Positions 38,501 through 49,749 of a DNA stretch of 63,313 bases are shown here, one piece after another. The stretch spans positions 5,816,532-5,879,844 of the forward strand of contig NC_057757.1 of assembly GCF_004010195.1 (NCBI RefSeq), read 5' to 3'. Under the pieces are notes generated by a model, which was not told where the DNA came from, did not search any database, and was given only the letters and a program-made list of their open reading frames with translations. The stretch's first letter is position 1. Each line of letters opens with the position of its first letter. The position numbers were made by a program, and so were the translations under genes. This DNA is from Chiloscyllium plagiosum. Lineage: Eukaryota.

Positions 38501-40938
38501 TGGGCTAGGACTTCAAGATGGAGCAATGGACGGGACAAGAATCTGTGAAGGTCAGAGTAAACAGGATCTGGTGGAAGGATACAGGAAGCACCAGACTTCT
38601 AAGTGACACTATTTCAAAAGTCTTCAATGGGATGTCAGCATTGATGACAAGGCCAGCATTTATTGCCCCATCCATAATTGCTCATGAACCAAACAACTTG
38701 TTTGGCCAGTGCAGAGAGCAGTTGACTGACTCTACTGAAAGTCGAGAGTCACTTGTAGGACAATGATCGAGGACAGCAGGTTTTATTCCCAAATGAATAT
38801 GAATGGACTAGCTGGGTTTTTACAATGATTGGAATGTTAAGTCAGAATAACTGAGAGCAGCTTTCAGTTCCACATGTAGCAATTGAATTTGCTGCTGTAG
38901 TAGGATTTGAATTCATGTCCTCGGAGCATTAGCCTGAGGCTCTGGATTATTAGTCCAGGAATGTTACCATAACGTCATTGTCTCTGTCCCTGTTCAAGAC
39001 CAGAGAGAGAATTGGGACAGTGAAGGCGGTAGTTAAAATTGTGGATAAGGAAGACCGTAGCAACTAAACTGAGGGAAGGGCAATATCTCAGAGGGGGAGA
39101 TAAGTAATCTTAGTGAAAGTTGATAAAGCATGGAGCTGAAAAAGGCACAGCAGCTCAGACAGCATTTGAGGAGCAAGATACTGGCTCTGCTTCGGGCAGG
39201 ATACTTTCCACCGAGCTACCACCACCACCCACCAATTGCCTAGCTTTCCCCCTAGCCCCACTCCCGCTTCTCCCCCCATTTATCTCTCAACCCTCTTTGC
39301 CCTCCCTAATCCTAAAGGAGGGTCAGCATGGGCAGCTGAACATTAAACAATGGCGAGAGCAGCAGGACTGAGGCTGAAGGTGTCCGCATTCTCCACTAGA
39401 GGGCAGATTATGCATATTACAAGTTGGTTCTTAGGCTATTTGGCTGCAATGCTGATTAATCCACTGTCCTGCTTGGNNNNNNNNNNNNNNNNNNNNNNNN
39501 NNNNNNNNNNNNNNNNNNNNNNNNNNNNNNNNNNNNNNNNNNNNNNNNNNNNNNNNNNNNNNNNNNNNNNNNNNNNNNNNNNNNNNNNNNNNNNNNNNNN
39601 NNNNNNNNNNNNNNNNNNNNNNNNNNNNNNNNNNNNNNNNNNNNNNNNNNNNNNNNNNNNNNNNNNNNNNNNNNNNNNNNNNNNNNNNNNNNNNNNNNNN
39701 NNNNNNNNNNNNNNNNNNNNNNNNNNNNNNNNNNNNNNNNNNNNNNNNNNNNNNNNNNNNNNNNNNNNNNNNNNNNNNNNNNNNNNNNNNNNNNNNNNNN
39801 NNNNNNNNNNNNNNNNNNNNNNNNNNNNNNNNNNNNNNNNNNNNNNNNNNNNNNNNNNNNNNNNNNNNNNNNNNNNNNNNNNNNNNNNNNNNNNNNNNNN
39901 NNNNNNNNNNNNNNNNNNNNNNNNNNNNNNAAGCTAGTGTGCTTCCAATTAAACCTGTTGGACTATAACCTGGCGTTGTGTGATTTTTAACTTCATCGTT
40001 TTAAGAATCCCCATCAGATTTCTTGTGCTTTCCTGCTGAAAGGAGAACAGCTTTTATAGTCGAAGAGCATGGAAACAAACCCTTCGGTCCAACTCGTCCA
40101 CTTTGACCATGTTCCCAAATTAAACTACTCCCACCTGCCTATGCTTGGCCCATATCCCTTTAAATCTTACCTATTCATGTAGCTATCCAAATATCTTTTA
40201 AGCATTGTAGCTGTATCTGTATCCACCACTTCCTCTACCAGTTCATTCCACACACGAAACTATCTCTGTATTCTTAAAAACAAAAGTTGCCCCTCCTGTC
40301 CTTTCTAAATCTTTTTCTTCCCACCTTTAAAAGTATGCCCCACCTTATGGAAAAGACCATGGCTATTCATCTTATCTATGCCTCTCATGATTTTGTAAAC
40401 TTCAATGAAGTCACCCCTCAACCTCCCATGCTCCAGTGAGAAGAGCCCCAGCCTATCTTTACAAGTTAAATCCTCTATTCCTGGCAACATCCTGGTAAGT
40501 TTTTGCTGACCATAGACAATAGGTGCAGGAGTAGGTCAGTTGGCTCTTCGAGCCAGCACCACCATTCATTATGATCATGGCTGATCATCCACAATCAGTA
40601 TCTTGTTCCAGCCTTAACCCTTGCTTCCACTATCTTTAATAGCTCTATCCATCTCTTTCTTTAAAGTATCCAGAGACTTGGCCTCCCCTGCCTTCTGGGG
40701 CAGAGCATTCCATATAACCACCCCTCTCTGGGTGAAGACGTTTCTCCTCAACTCTTTCTAAATGGCCTACCCCTTATTTTTAAGCTGTGTCCTCTGGTTC
40801 GGGACTCGCCCAGCAGCGGAAACATGTTTCCTGCCTCCAGAGTGTCCAATCCTTTAATAATCTTATATGTCTCAATCAGATCCCCTCTCAGTCTTCGAAA
40901 CTCAAGGGTATACAAGCCCAGTTGCTCAGATCTTTCCT

Positions 40939-41381
40939 TTTGAGCTATAGGGAGAGGCTGAACAGGCTGGGGCTGTTTTCCCTGGAGCGTCGGAGGCTGA
41001 GGGGTGACCTTATAGAGGTTTACAAAATTATGAGGGACATGGATAGGATAAATAGGCAAAGTCTTTTCCCTGGGGTTGGGGAGTCCAGAACTAGAGGGTA
41101 TAGGTTTTGGGTGAGAGAGGAAAGATAAAAGAGAAACCTACAGGGCACCTGTTTCATGTAGAGGGTGGTACGTGTATGGAATGTGCTGCCAGACCAAGTA
41201 GTGGAGGCTGGTACAATTACAACATTTACGAGGCATTTGGATGGATACGTGAACAGGAAAGGTTTGGAGGGATATGGGCCGGGTGCTGGCAGATGGGACC
41301 AGATTGGGTTAGGATATCTGGTCGGCCTAGATGGTTGGACCCAAGGGTCTGTTTCCGTGCTGTACACCTCTATGACTCTAT
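40939..41381 (+). mobile_element. CR1 3' fragment inserted antisense into a CR1
   Basis: LSYRERLNRLGLFSLERRRLRGDLIEVYKIM...; ctctatgactcta tail; host resumes at tatgatagtcc. Confidence 0.85.
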
Positions 41382-42430
41382 ATGATAGTCCTACCATTCT
41401 GGGAATTGACCTCGTGAACCTACGCTGCACTCCCTCAATAGCTAGAATGTCCTTCCTCAAATTTGGAGACCAGAACTACACACAATACTCCAGGTATGGT
41501 CTCACCAGGGCCCTGCACAGTTGCAGGAGGACCTCTGCTCCTATACTTAATTCCTCTTGTTATGAAGGCCAGCATGCTATTAGCTTTCTTCACTACCTGC
41601 TGTATCTCCCTGCAAAGCTTGCTTTCATTGGTGTACAAGAACACTGAGATCTTGTTGTACTTCCCCTTTACCTAACTTGACTCCATTTACATAGTAATCA
41701 GCTTCCTGTTCTTGCCACCAAAGTGGATACCCATCCATTTATCCACATTAACTGCATCTGCCTTGTATTCGTCCACTTACCTAGCCTGTCCAAGTCACCC
41801 TGTATTCTCATAACTTCCTCCTCACATGTCACCCTGCCACCCAGCTTTGTGTCATCAGCAAATTTGCTAATATTACTTTTAATGCCTTCAACTGTATCAT
41901 GAATGTATATTGTAAACCTCTCCAGTCCCAGCACCAAATCCTGCAGTACCCCACTGGTCACCGCCTGCCATTCCATAAAGGACCTGTTTATCACTACTCT
42001 TTGCTTCCTGTCAGCCAGCCAATTATCAATCCAAGTCAGTATTTTGCCCCTAATACCATGTGCCCTAATTTTGCTCACTAATCTCCTATGTGGGACTTTA
42101 TCAAAGGCTTTCTGAAAGTCCAGGTACACTACATCCCCTGGCTCTCTCTTGTCCATCTTCATAGTTACATCCTCAAAAAATTCCAGAAGATTAGTCAAGC
42201 ATGATTTCCTCTTTGTAAATCCATGCTGACTCTGACCTATCCTGTTACAGCTATCCAAATGAGTCATAATTTCATCTTTTATAATGACTCCAGCACCTTT
42301 CCCACTACTGACGTCAGGCTAACCGGTCTGTAATTCCCTGTTTTCTCTCTCCCTCCTTTCTTGAAAAGTGGGACAACATTAGCTACCCTTCAATCCGCAG
42401 GAACTGATCCTGAATCTATAGAACATTATA

Positions 42431-42741
42431 TGGGCGGCACGGTGGCACAGTGGTTAGCACTGCTGCCTCACAGCGCCAGAGACCCGGGTTCAATTCCCGC
42501 CTCAGGCGACTGACTGTGTGGAGTTTGCACGTTCTCCCCGTGTCTGCGTGGGTTTCCTCCGGGTGCTCCGGTTTCCTCCCACAGTCCAAAGATGTGCAGG
42601 TCAGGTGAATTGGCCATGCTAAATTGCCCGTAGTGTTAGGTAAGGGGTAGATGTAGGAGTATGGTGGGTTATGCTTCGGCGGGGCGGTGTGGACTTGTTG
42701 GGCCGAAGGGCCTGTTTCCACACTGTAAGTAATCTAATCTA
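42431..42741 (+). mobile_element. Full-length young HE1-type V-SINE with ATTATA target-site duplication
   Basis: A-box/B-box tRNA head, V-domain, (AATCT)n tail; attata at 42425-42430 and 42742-42747. Confidence 0.9.
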
Positions 42742-43192
42742 ATTATAATCATTTTTCAATGCATCCACGATTTCTTGAGCCACCTCCTTCAGTACCCTGG
42801 GATGCAGACCATCAGGTCCTGGGGACTTATCAGCCTTCAGACCTAACAGTCTATCCAACACCACTTCCTGCCTAATATAAATTCCCTACAGTTCATCCTT
42901 TACCCTAGGTCCTTCAGCCACTATTACATCTGGGAGATTGCCGAATCCTCTCCAGTTTAGTAATATCCTTCCTATAACGGTGACCATAACTGCACCAGTA
43001 ATCCAGAAGAGGCCTGACCAACATTCCAACTTCTATACTCTAAACCTTTTTTAGGCCACTTTTGGAATACTGTGGGCAATTCTGGTCTCCTTCCTATCGG
43101 AAGGATGTTGTGAAACTTGAAAGGGTTCAGAAAGGATTGACAAGGACGTTGCCAGGGTTGGAGGATTTGAGCTACAGGGAGTGCCTGAATAG

Positions 43193-43645
43193 ATTGATTA
43201 GAATCCCTACTGTATGGAAATAGGCCCTTCGGCCCAACAAGTCTACACTGACCCTCCGAAAAGTAACCCATCCAGACCCATTCCCCTACATTTACCCCTG
43301 ACTAATGCACCTGACATTATTTAGCATGTCCTGCACATCTTTGGACTCTGGGAGGAAACCGGAGCCCCCGGAGGAAACCCACTGAGACGTAGGGAGAATG
43401 TGCAAACTCCACACAGACAGCCACCCAAGGCAGGAATTGAACCTGGGTCCCTGGTGCTGTGAGGCAGCAGTGCACCTGACCTGCACATCTTTGGACTCTG
43501 GGAGGAAACCGGAGCCCCCGGAGGAAACCCACTGAGACATAGGGAGAATGTGCAAACTCCACACAGACAGCCACCCATGGCAGGAATTGAACCTGGGTCC
43601 CTGGTGCTGTGAGGCAGCAGTGCTAACCTCTGAGCCACCCTGCCC
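43193..43645 (-). mobile_element. HE1-type V-SINE with an internal ~150-bp tandem duplication, inserted in a + strand CR1 fragment (43050-43780)
   Basis: cctgcacatctttggactctgg...gaggcagcagtg present twice (43330 and 43480). Confidence 0.85.
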
Positions 43646-43929
43646 TAAAGGGCTGGGTTGGCACTGTTTTCCCTGGAGGCTGAGGGGTGACCTTATAGAG
43701 GTTTATACAATCATGAGGGGTGTGGATAGGGTAAATAGACAACATCTTTTCCTTGGGGTAGGGGAGCCTAGAACTTTAGGGTGGGGGGGGGGGGGGAATG
43801 ATCTTATTTTTCAGTCAACGTCACTCTAACAGATTATCTGGCTTTTACGATGTTGCTGTTTGTGGGGTCCTGTTGTATACAAATTAGCTGCTCAGTTCCA
43901 ACATTAGAAAAGCAAACTGCACTGTGAAG

Positions 43930-44830
43930 TGCTTTAGAAGATCCTGCAACCTAACAAGGTAGGTTTTTCTATTTTCTTTTTAAACTGATGGTCCTTATCT
44001 GACCCTTTTCCTTGGTACCTGTCAACACTCTTAATACTATCCGGGGGTTCTTGCGATAGGTTGGTGTTAGCTGATTTCACTTTCTGGTGCCAGTTCCCCA
44101 TTAATCCAAATATATTTTGAGCCATGCAATTAATTCTTGAATCATTTTAACCTTACACCAACTGGCATGTAACAGTGTTAACAATCCCTGGATAATTACC
44201 TTTGCGGCTGTGAACTTGAATTCCTGAAACTCTCATTGCCACATCTTCCTGTGTTGAGGTTCCTGTGTGGATGGAATCCTTCCCCTTCTCCAATCCTCTC
44301 CAGCTGAGAGGTCTTTGACCCTTCGAGATGGGCAGGCAACACAAACCTTGGATTCCCAGTTATGGCTGGAGAGAATGTTGTGTATTTCCCTAGCTCTATA
44401 TTCCTTCATCACTACCATGTTCCTTTCCCCTGCCCCCTGCCCCCTGCCATTGTCCTGGTTTCCTGCATGTTTCTTCTCAACCGCACAGGTAGCAATCATC
44501 ACGTATCTGTAGGGCAAAGTCAGGGACTGAGGCTGCTCCGTCACATTATGGGTCCCCAATACCTGTCTGATTTCCATTCGGGGTTTCATCTCCCTGTCCC
44601 TGGACGTTAGCCACCTTACCCTGAGAGTGTTTGTGAAACAAGGCGCCCCTCGAACAAAGGAGACCAATAACCCCATCAAACCTACTCCAAGTACCTCCCC
44701 CACTCCATTTTGTGTCTGCAACTCAGACTCTAGCTCAGCAATTCTGAGCCAACGTTGCTGAAAGATCAACCACAGACATGACCAGGGACTGAGTCGTCCC
44801 TTTGACTGCTCCGATCTGATTTTCACAACG
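43930..44830 (-). mobile_element. CR1 ORF1 remnant (coiled coil and esterase-like domain)
   Basis: WLRIAELESELQT, and CCLP...IHTGT resembling the CR1 ORF1 VCCLPGA...HIGTND motif. Confidence 0.6.
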
Positions 44831-45686
44831 TCCTTTTAATGCCACATTCCATCAGTAGGGTGTTGAGGCTGATAACACTCACCTGTCTTCTGGAAATAAT
44901 TCCTCAAACGTGCCGAGCTGACGGCTATTCGGTTACTGTAGGCGCCTCAATTTGAGCCAACCTTAACTCGGTTGCGTGTAGCTTAAAATCTGTCTCTCAA
45001 ATGAAGTCGCTTGAGATGCTAATAAACTCTAATAAGGGGGTGGCCTCGGTGGTTAGCATTGCTGCCTCTCAGTACTGGGGACCAAAGTTCAATTCTGGTG
45101 ACTCACTGTGTGGAGGTTAGGTGGATTGGCTGTGCTAAATTGCTCATAATGCCCAGGGATGTGTAGGCCAGATGGATTAGCCGTGGGAAATGCAGGGTTA
45201 CAGGAATAAGGTAGGGGCGTGGCTCTAGGTGGGATGCTCTTTGAAGGGTTGGTATGGACCTGATGGACCAAATGGCCACACTACAGGCATTCTATATATT
45301 TTTTTACAAACTCCAATAAGTCCAAGCCTCACAAACCCAAGGGATCAGTACTGAATGGAGTGTGGAAGTTTGGTAAGTGGGGCAGGGAGGTTTTTCCTTA
45401 TTTCTGCTGTTTTGCTTTCCTTCCGTTCAAACAGCAGCAACTCAAGGCCCAAGAGTTAGGAGATTATTAAGGGATTAACTGAGAATCACAAGGGGTAAGT
45501 AAAACTCCAGAGAGAAAGTGAAGAAGATTAGAGTTAAGGTAAAGGGAGTATCTTTGAGAAAATGGAAAGGTTTAGCAAGCAAGTTAAAGTCAGAGCAGAT
45601 GGGGTCAGCCGAGTGGAATGTGTCACCTGTCATACATGGGAAATCTACATGTAGCTGAGATGACCGTTTGAGCAAGAAGTGCCTCC

Positions 45687-45982
45687 AGTGGTTAGCACTG
45701 CTGCCTCACAGCGCCAGGGACCCTGGTTCGATTCCAGCCTCGGGTGACTGGCTGTGTGGAGTTTGCACATTCTCCCCCGTGTCTGCGTGGGTTTCCTCCC
45801 ACAATCCAAAGATGTGCAAGGTGAGTTGGCCATGCTAAATTGCCCTTAGTGTTCAGGGATGTGTAGGTTCGGGGAAATGTAGAGTAATAGGGTTAGGGGA
45901 ATGGGTCTGGATGGGATACTCCTTGGAGGGTTGGTGTGGACGTGTTGGGCCGAATGGCCTGTTTCCATACTGTATGATTCTA
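45687..45982 (+). mobile_element. HE1-type V-SINE inserted in decayed + strand CR1 5'/endonuclease fragments (~45330-47070)
   Basis: gtggttagcactgctgcctcacagcgccagg...ggcctgtttccatactgtatgattcta; a second truncated copy at ~45045-45295. Confidence 0.8.
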
Positions 45983-47095
45983 ACTGCAGAAACTTAAGCT
46001 CTGGGTTTCAGCTGGGTGGCATATTTGTGAGGCAGAGATATGTGGATAGGATGATTAAAGGTGGTCGCGTTGCAGCAGTAGGTATGTAGACAATTCACTG
46101 AGGTGTGTAAAAACAGTAGTAGGGTTTATAAGGGAATATCTCCAACATGAGATTTCAACATTCTCAACTTCAATGTAAAGAATTTAGAGGGGCAGATTTC
46201 TTGAAACATATTCAGTAGAGGTTTCTATATCAACGTGTAGGTCTAACAAAGGACAGTGCAGTACTTGACCCAATTTTGGGAAACAATACTATGACAGGAG
46301 CATTTAGTGATAGTAACCACAACACCATAGGTTTAAGTTTGTTTAAGTATGGAAAAGAGAAAAGATAGTCTGCAATTAGATTGGGGTATGGTAGATTTTA
46401 TTAAAATAAGGTGGGATCTGTCCAATGTAGAGGGGGAACAGCTAAATACTGAGTAAACCTTCAGCAGAACAGTAGTGGGCATTTAAAAAGGCACTGGCAA
46501 GAATACATGCCCATTATGTACCCTTTGGGCTTAATTCCCCTACATTTTACCCTAGAGAACCCTGGAGAATACTCAGGACTGGTATAAAGGAGAAGAGAGG
46601 TACGAAAACATCAAATCAATGGAGGTCCTAGTGACGTATAGAGTACAGCGATGAACTTAAAACAGTTAGGACAGCATGAGAATACAGTAATGGGTAAGAA
46701 TTCCAAAGATATAACAAAGGAAAGAAGATTTGATTGTGTAAGATTGAAGGGCGGGACAGGGTGGATAAGAAGCAGTTGTTCCTAAGCTGAAAGTCTTTGA
46801 GGTGAAAGGTAGGTGGTTTTGAGGGGATTTGGGGAAATCTTTTTTTCCACCCAGAAGGTGGTGAGAATCTGAAATGGACTGCCTGAGAGAGTATGTTGAA
46901 GAAGAGAACCTCGAAAGTACTTGGATGGGCACTTGCAAATGTCACAACATTCAAAGGTGTGGCTAAGTGCGGGAAAGTGTTACTAGTGTAGATTTATTTT
47001 AGATTATTCTATTTTATTTTAATCCATGCAGACTCGATGGGCTAAAGGGCCTCTTTTGTATTGCACAATTCCGTATTCAACCTCTCATAAGATAT

Positions 47096-47398
47096 GGGTG
47101 GCACGGTGGTTAGCACTGCTGCCTCACAGCGCCAGAGACCCGGGTTCAATTCCCGCCTCAGGCGACTGGCTGTGTGGAGTTTGCACACTCTCCCCGTGTC
47201 TGCGTGGGTTTCCTCCGGGTGCTCCGGTTTCCTCCCACAGTCCAAAGATGAGAAGGTCAGGTGGCCATGCTAAATTGCCCGTAGTGTTAGGTAAGGGGTA
47301 AATGTAGGGGCGTGGGTGGGTTGCGCTTCGGCGGGTCAGTGTGGACTTGTTGGGCCAAAGGGCCTGTTTCCACGCTGTAATGTAATCTAATCTAATCA
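47096..47398 (+). mobile_element. HE1-type V-SINE
   Basis: Full head, V-domain and aatctaatctaatc tail. Confidence 0.88.
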
Positions 47399-49749
47399 TA
47401 TACGACAGAGAAGGTGGTGAGGAGAAGGAGAGGATTTTCAGTTTCTCCATATTAATTGGAGAGGCTGGGGTTGTGGTAGAATTCTATCTGTAGGTCTCTG
47501 TTTTTGAGCTCATCTGTGGAAAGGTGGGCTTTGAACCCTTGACTGACTTTGAGGTATGAAAGAAAGAGGGTGCTATAAGGCAGTGAACGTCTCATATTTT
47601 TCTTAAAGACCGAGGTTGTCAACCAGATCTCAGTGAGCTAATTTTGGTGCCGGAAATCACCCCACGCAGACTAACCTCTGCACCGTGAACTCCACTATTC
47701 GCTTGTGACCATAAAAATGTGTCAGGCAGTTGTAACTGTTTTGAAGTCCAGCTCACTACAGAAACATGGTAGAATAAAGTGGCTGCCTCCCCCACTCCCA
47801 AAGAACACAACAGCTGTAAACAATGCTTAAAGCCAAGTTTATCTTACTCCATGCGTGTCTCACTACAGTCCACAAAGCTTTCTGAAGAGAAAGGAGGCAT
47901 ATGATGTGTTACCCACCCATACTATTACGGTAAGTGTCCTGTTCCATCTTGGACAGTGTTGAGCACCTTGAATGCTGAGCCTCACTCATTGCCCATGTCC
48001 CCATCTGCTGGGATATGGAGTTGAAAGTTCAGCTTGGAACGCAAGCAAAAATACCTAAGGAAGAAGTCTTGGTGATATCAGTGGGCTGGAACTACATGGA
48101 TGGTAGCTTAACTACAAGTGGATGAGTTATCCAGAACATAGAGCCAGGCAGTAGGATGAGCATTTATTGAATTGTGTCTGTAAGAAGGTTGATCGTGGGG
48201 GGTGGTGTTGCAATTGAACACAGACATACATGCTTGGCAATAATGAGTAGGACCGGGCACTAATGGTGGGTCGACCAAGGAAGCCCCTCCTCCCATCAAC
48301 TGGGGAAAACAAACCAAATTTCTGGCTGAACCGTGCCTCGAATTGAGAGCATTGAACTGAACCATTCTTGAGGCAGCACCGTCCTCTACATTCCATGAGG
48401 GAGACACTATGGAGTGGCTTCATGAGGTGACCGCAGGGATATAGAAGTGGTTAGAGGAAGGGATGACTGACTGAATGGCTCTATAGGGCTGACACTGGGT
48501 TGAATGGCCTTCTGTGCTATAATGACTCCTTACTCCTCGGGGAAGGTGGGGTATGGACTTAGTCCATTATCTTGGTGACACACTGGTCAAACTGTTTAGA
48601 AATGTCAGCTTTCCTTCCCTAGATGGCATCACTGAGCTAGTTAATATTCTGCATTTGTCAACCATAGCTCAACATCTCAAACTACAGAGCTGGAATTTGA
48701 ACTTGTGTCTCCCTTGGGTTTATTATTCACATGCTCAAGAATTATGAGCCCAGTAGCATAACCGCTGCACTGTTTTAACCAGAATAAAGCTTCTATTCTT
48801 AAGTCTGCTTAATCCTCTCAAACATGCCTTGGCAATGATAACACAGCCCTGCAAGAGGGTAAAATGTCCCAAGGATTTTAATGTACTGAATTTTTAAAAA
48901 TCCCCAATGGGATAATTTAAGACCATCCCCTACCGGTGCTGGCTGACCATCAATGGTTTCCGGCTAATAAAAAAAAACCCCTCAATTCTAAAATTTGTGT
49001 TCAAACCTGCAGTTGCTGGGTCAAAATCCTGGAACCTTTTCTCTAACGGCATTGTGGGAATACCTAAAGCACATGGATTGCGCTGGTGGCTTATCGCCAC
49101 CTTTAGCAGGGTAATTAGGAAGGGTTTTATAAATATAAACCGAAAGAACTGCGGAATCTGTTAGTCAGCAACAAAAATTCTGAGGAAGGTTCAGACCTAA
49201 AACGTCAACTCTGATTTCTCTTCACAGATGCTGCCAGGCCTGCTGAACTTTTCCAGCAACTTCAGTTTTTGTTTCGGGTTTCATGAATGCTGGCTTAACC
49301 AAAGCCACTGTTGCTTCTTAAAAAAAAAATTAATGAAAAAAATGCCTCTGTGCCCTCACCTTCCCCTATTTCTGTAACCTCCTCTACTCCCTAAAACCTA
49401 CCCTATGTCTAACCCCCTGTAACCCTCCCTGTGAGCATGGCCAGCTTTTACTGCTCATCCAAAATTGTCCACAGCGTGGTTGAAAATCAACCACATTGCT
49501 GTGTCATGCATAAATAATGGCAAGTTTTCTTCTCTAAATTACATTAGTGCACACGGGCTTTTCTGACAATCAACAATGGTGCCCAAAGAATTGCTACTGA
49601 TAAGCTGCGAGGGAGATAAATGCTGAGTAGGGACCTAATGGAGTGTGAATATGGGTTGGGCAGCTAGAGTAACCCATAGAGAATGTGGTATGGGATGGGT
49701 GATGAACTGGAAATTGTTAAACTCAACGTTAAGCCTGGAAGGCTCAATA

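Larger units (their letters stand above)
40511..42940 (-). mobile_element. CR1 LINE with a reverse-transcriptase remnant
   Basis: ORF 41698..42267 QHGFTKRKSCLTNLLEFFEDVT...VYLDFQKAFDKVPH...FADDTKL; 3' end at ~40511. Confidence 0.9.
40055..43050 (-). mobile_element. Outer CR1 3' fragment split by nested insertions (pieces 40055-40510 and 42941-43050)
   Basis: ...ctggcaacatcctggtaagtttttgctg | ccgaatcctctccagtttagtaatatccttcc... reads as continuous CR1 sequence. Confidence 0.65.

Noticed and set aside
41698..42267. Reverse-transcriptase ORF as a functional or domesticated gene
   Set aside because: Fragmentary, with a degenerate motif (GVLQDLVLG in place of GVPQGSVLG), frameshifts and nested insertions; a dead CR1 copy.
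42431..42510. tRNA-like A/B boxes
   Set aside because: These are SINE heads followed by a V-domain and LINE tail, not tRNA genes.
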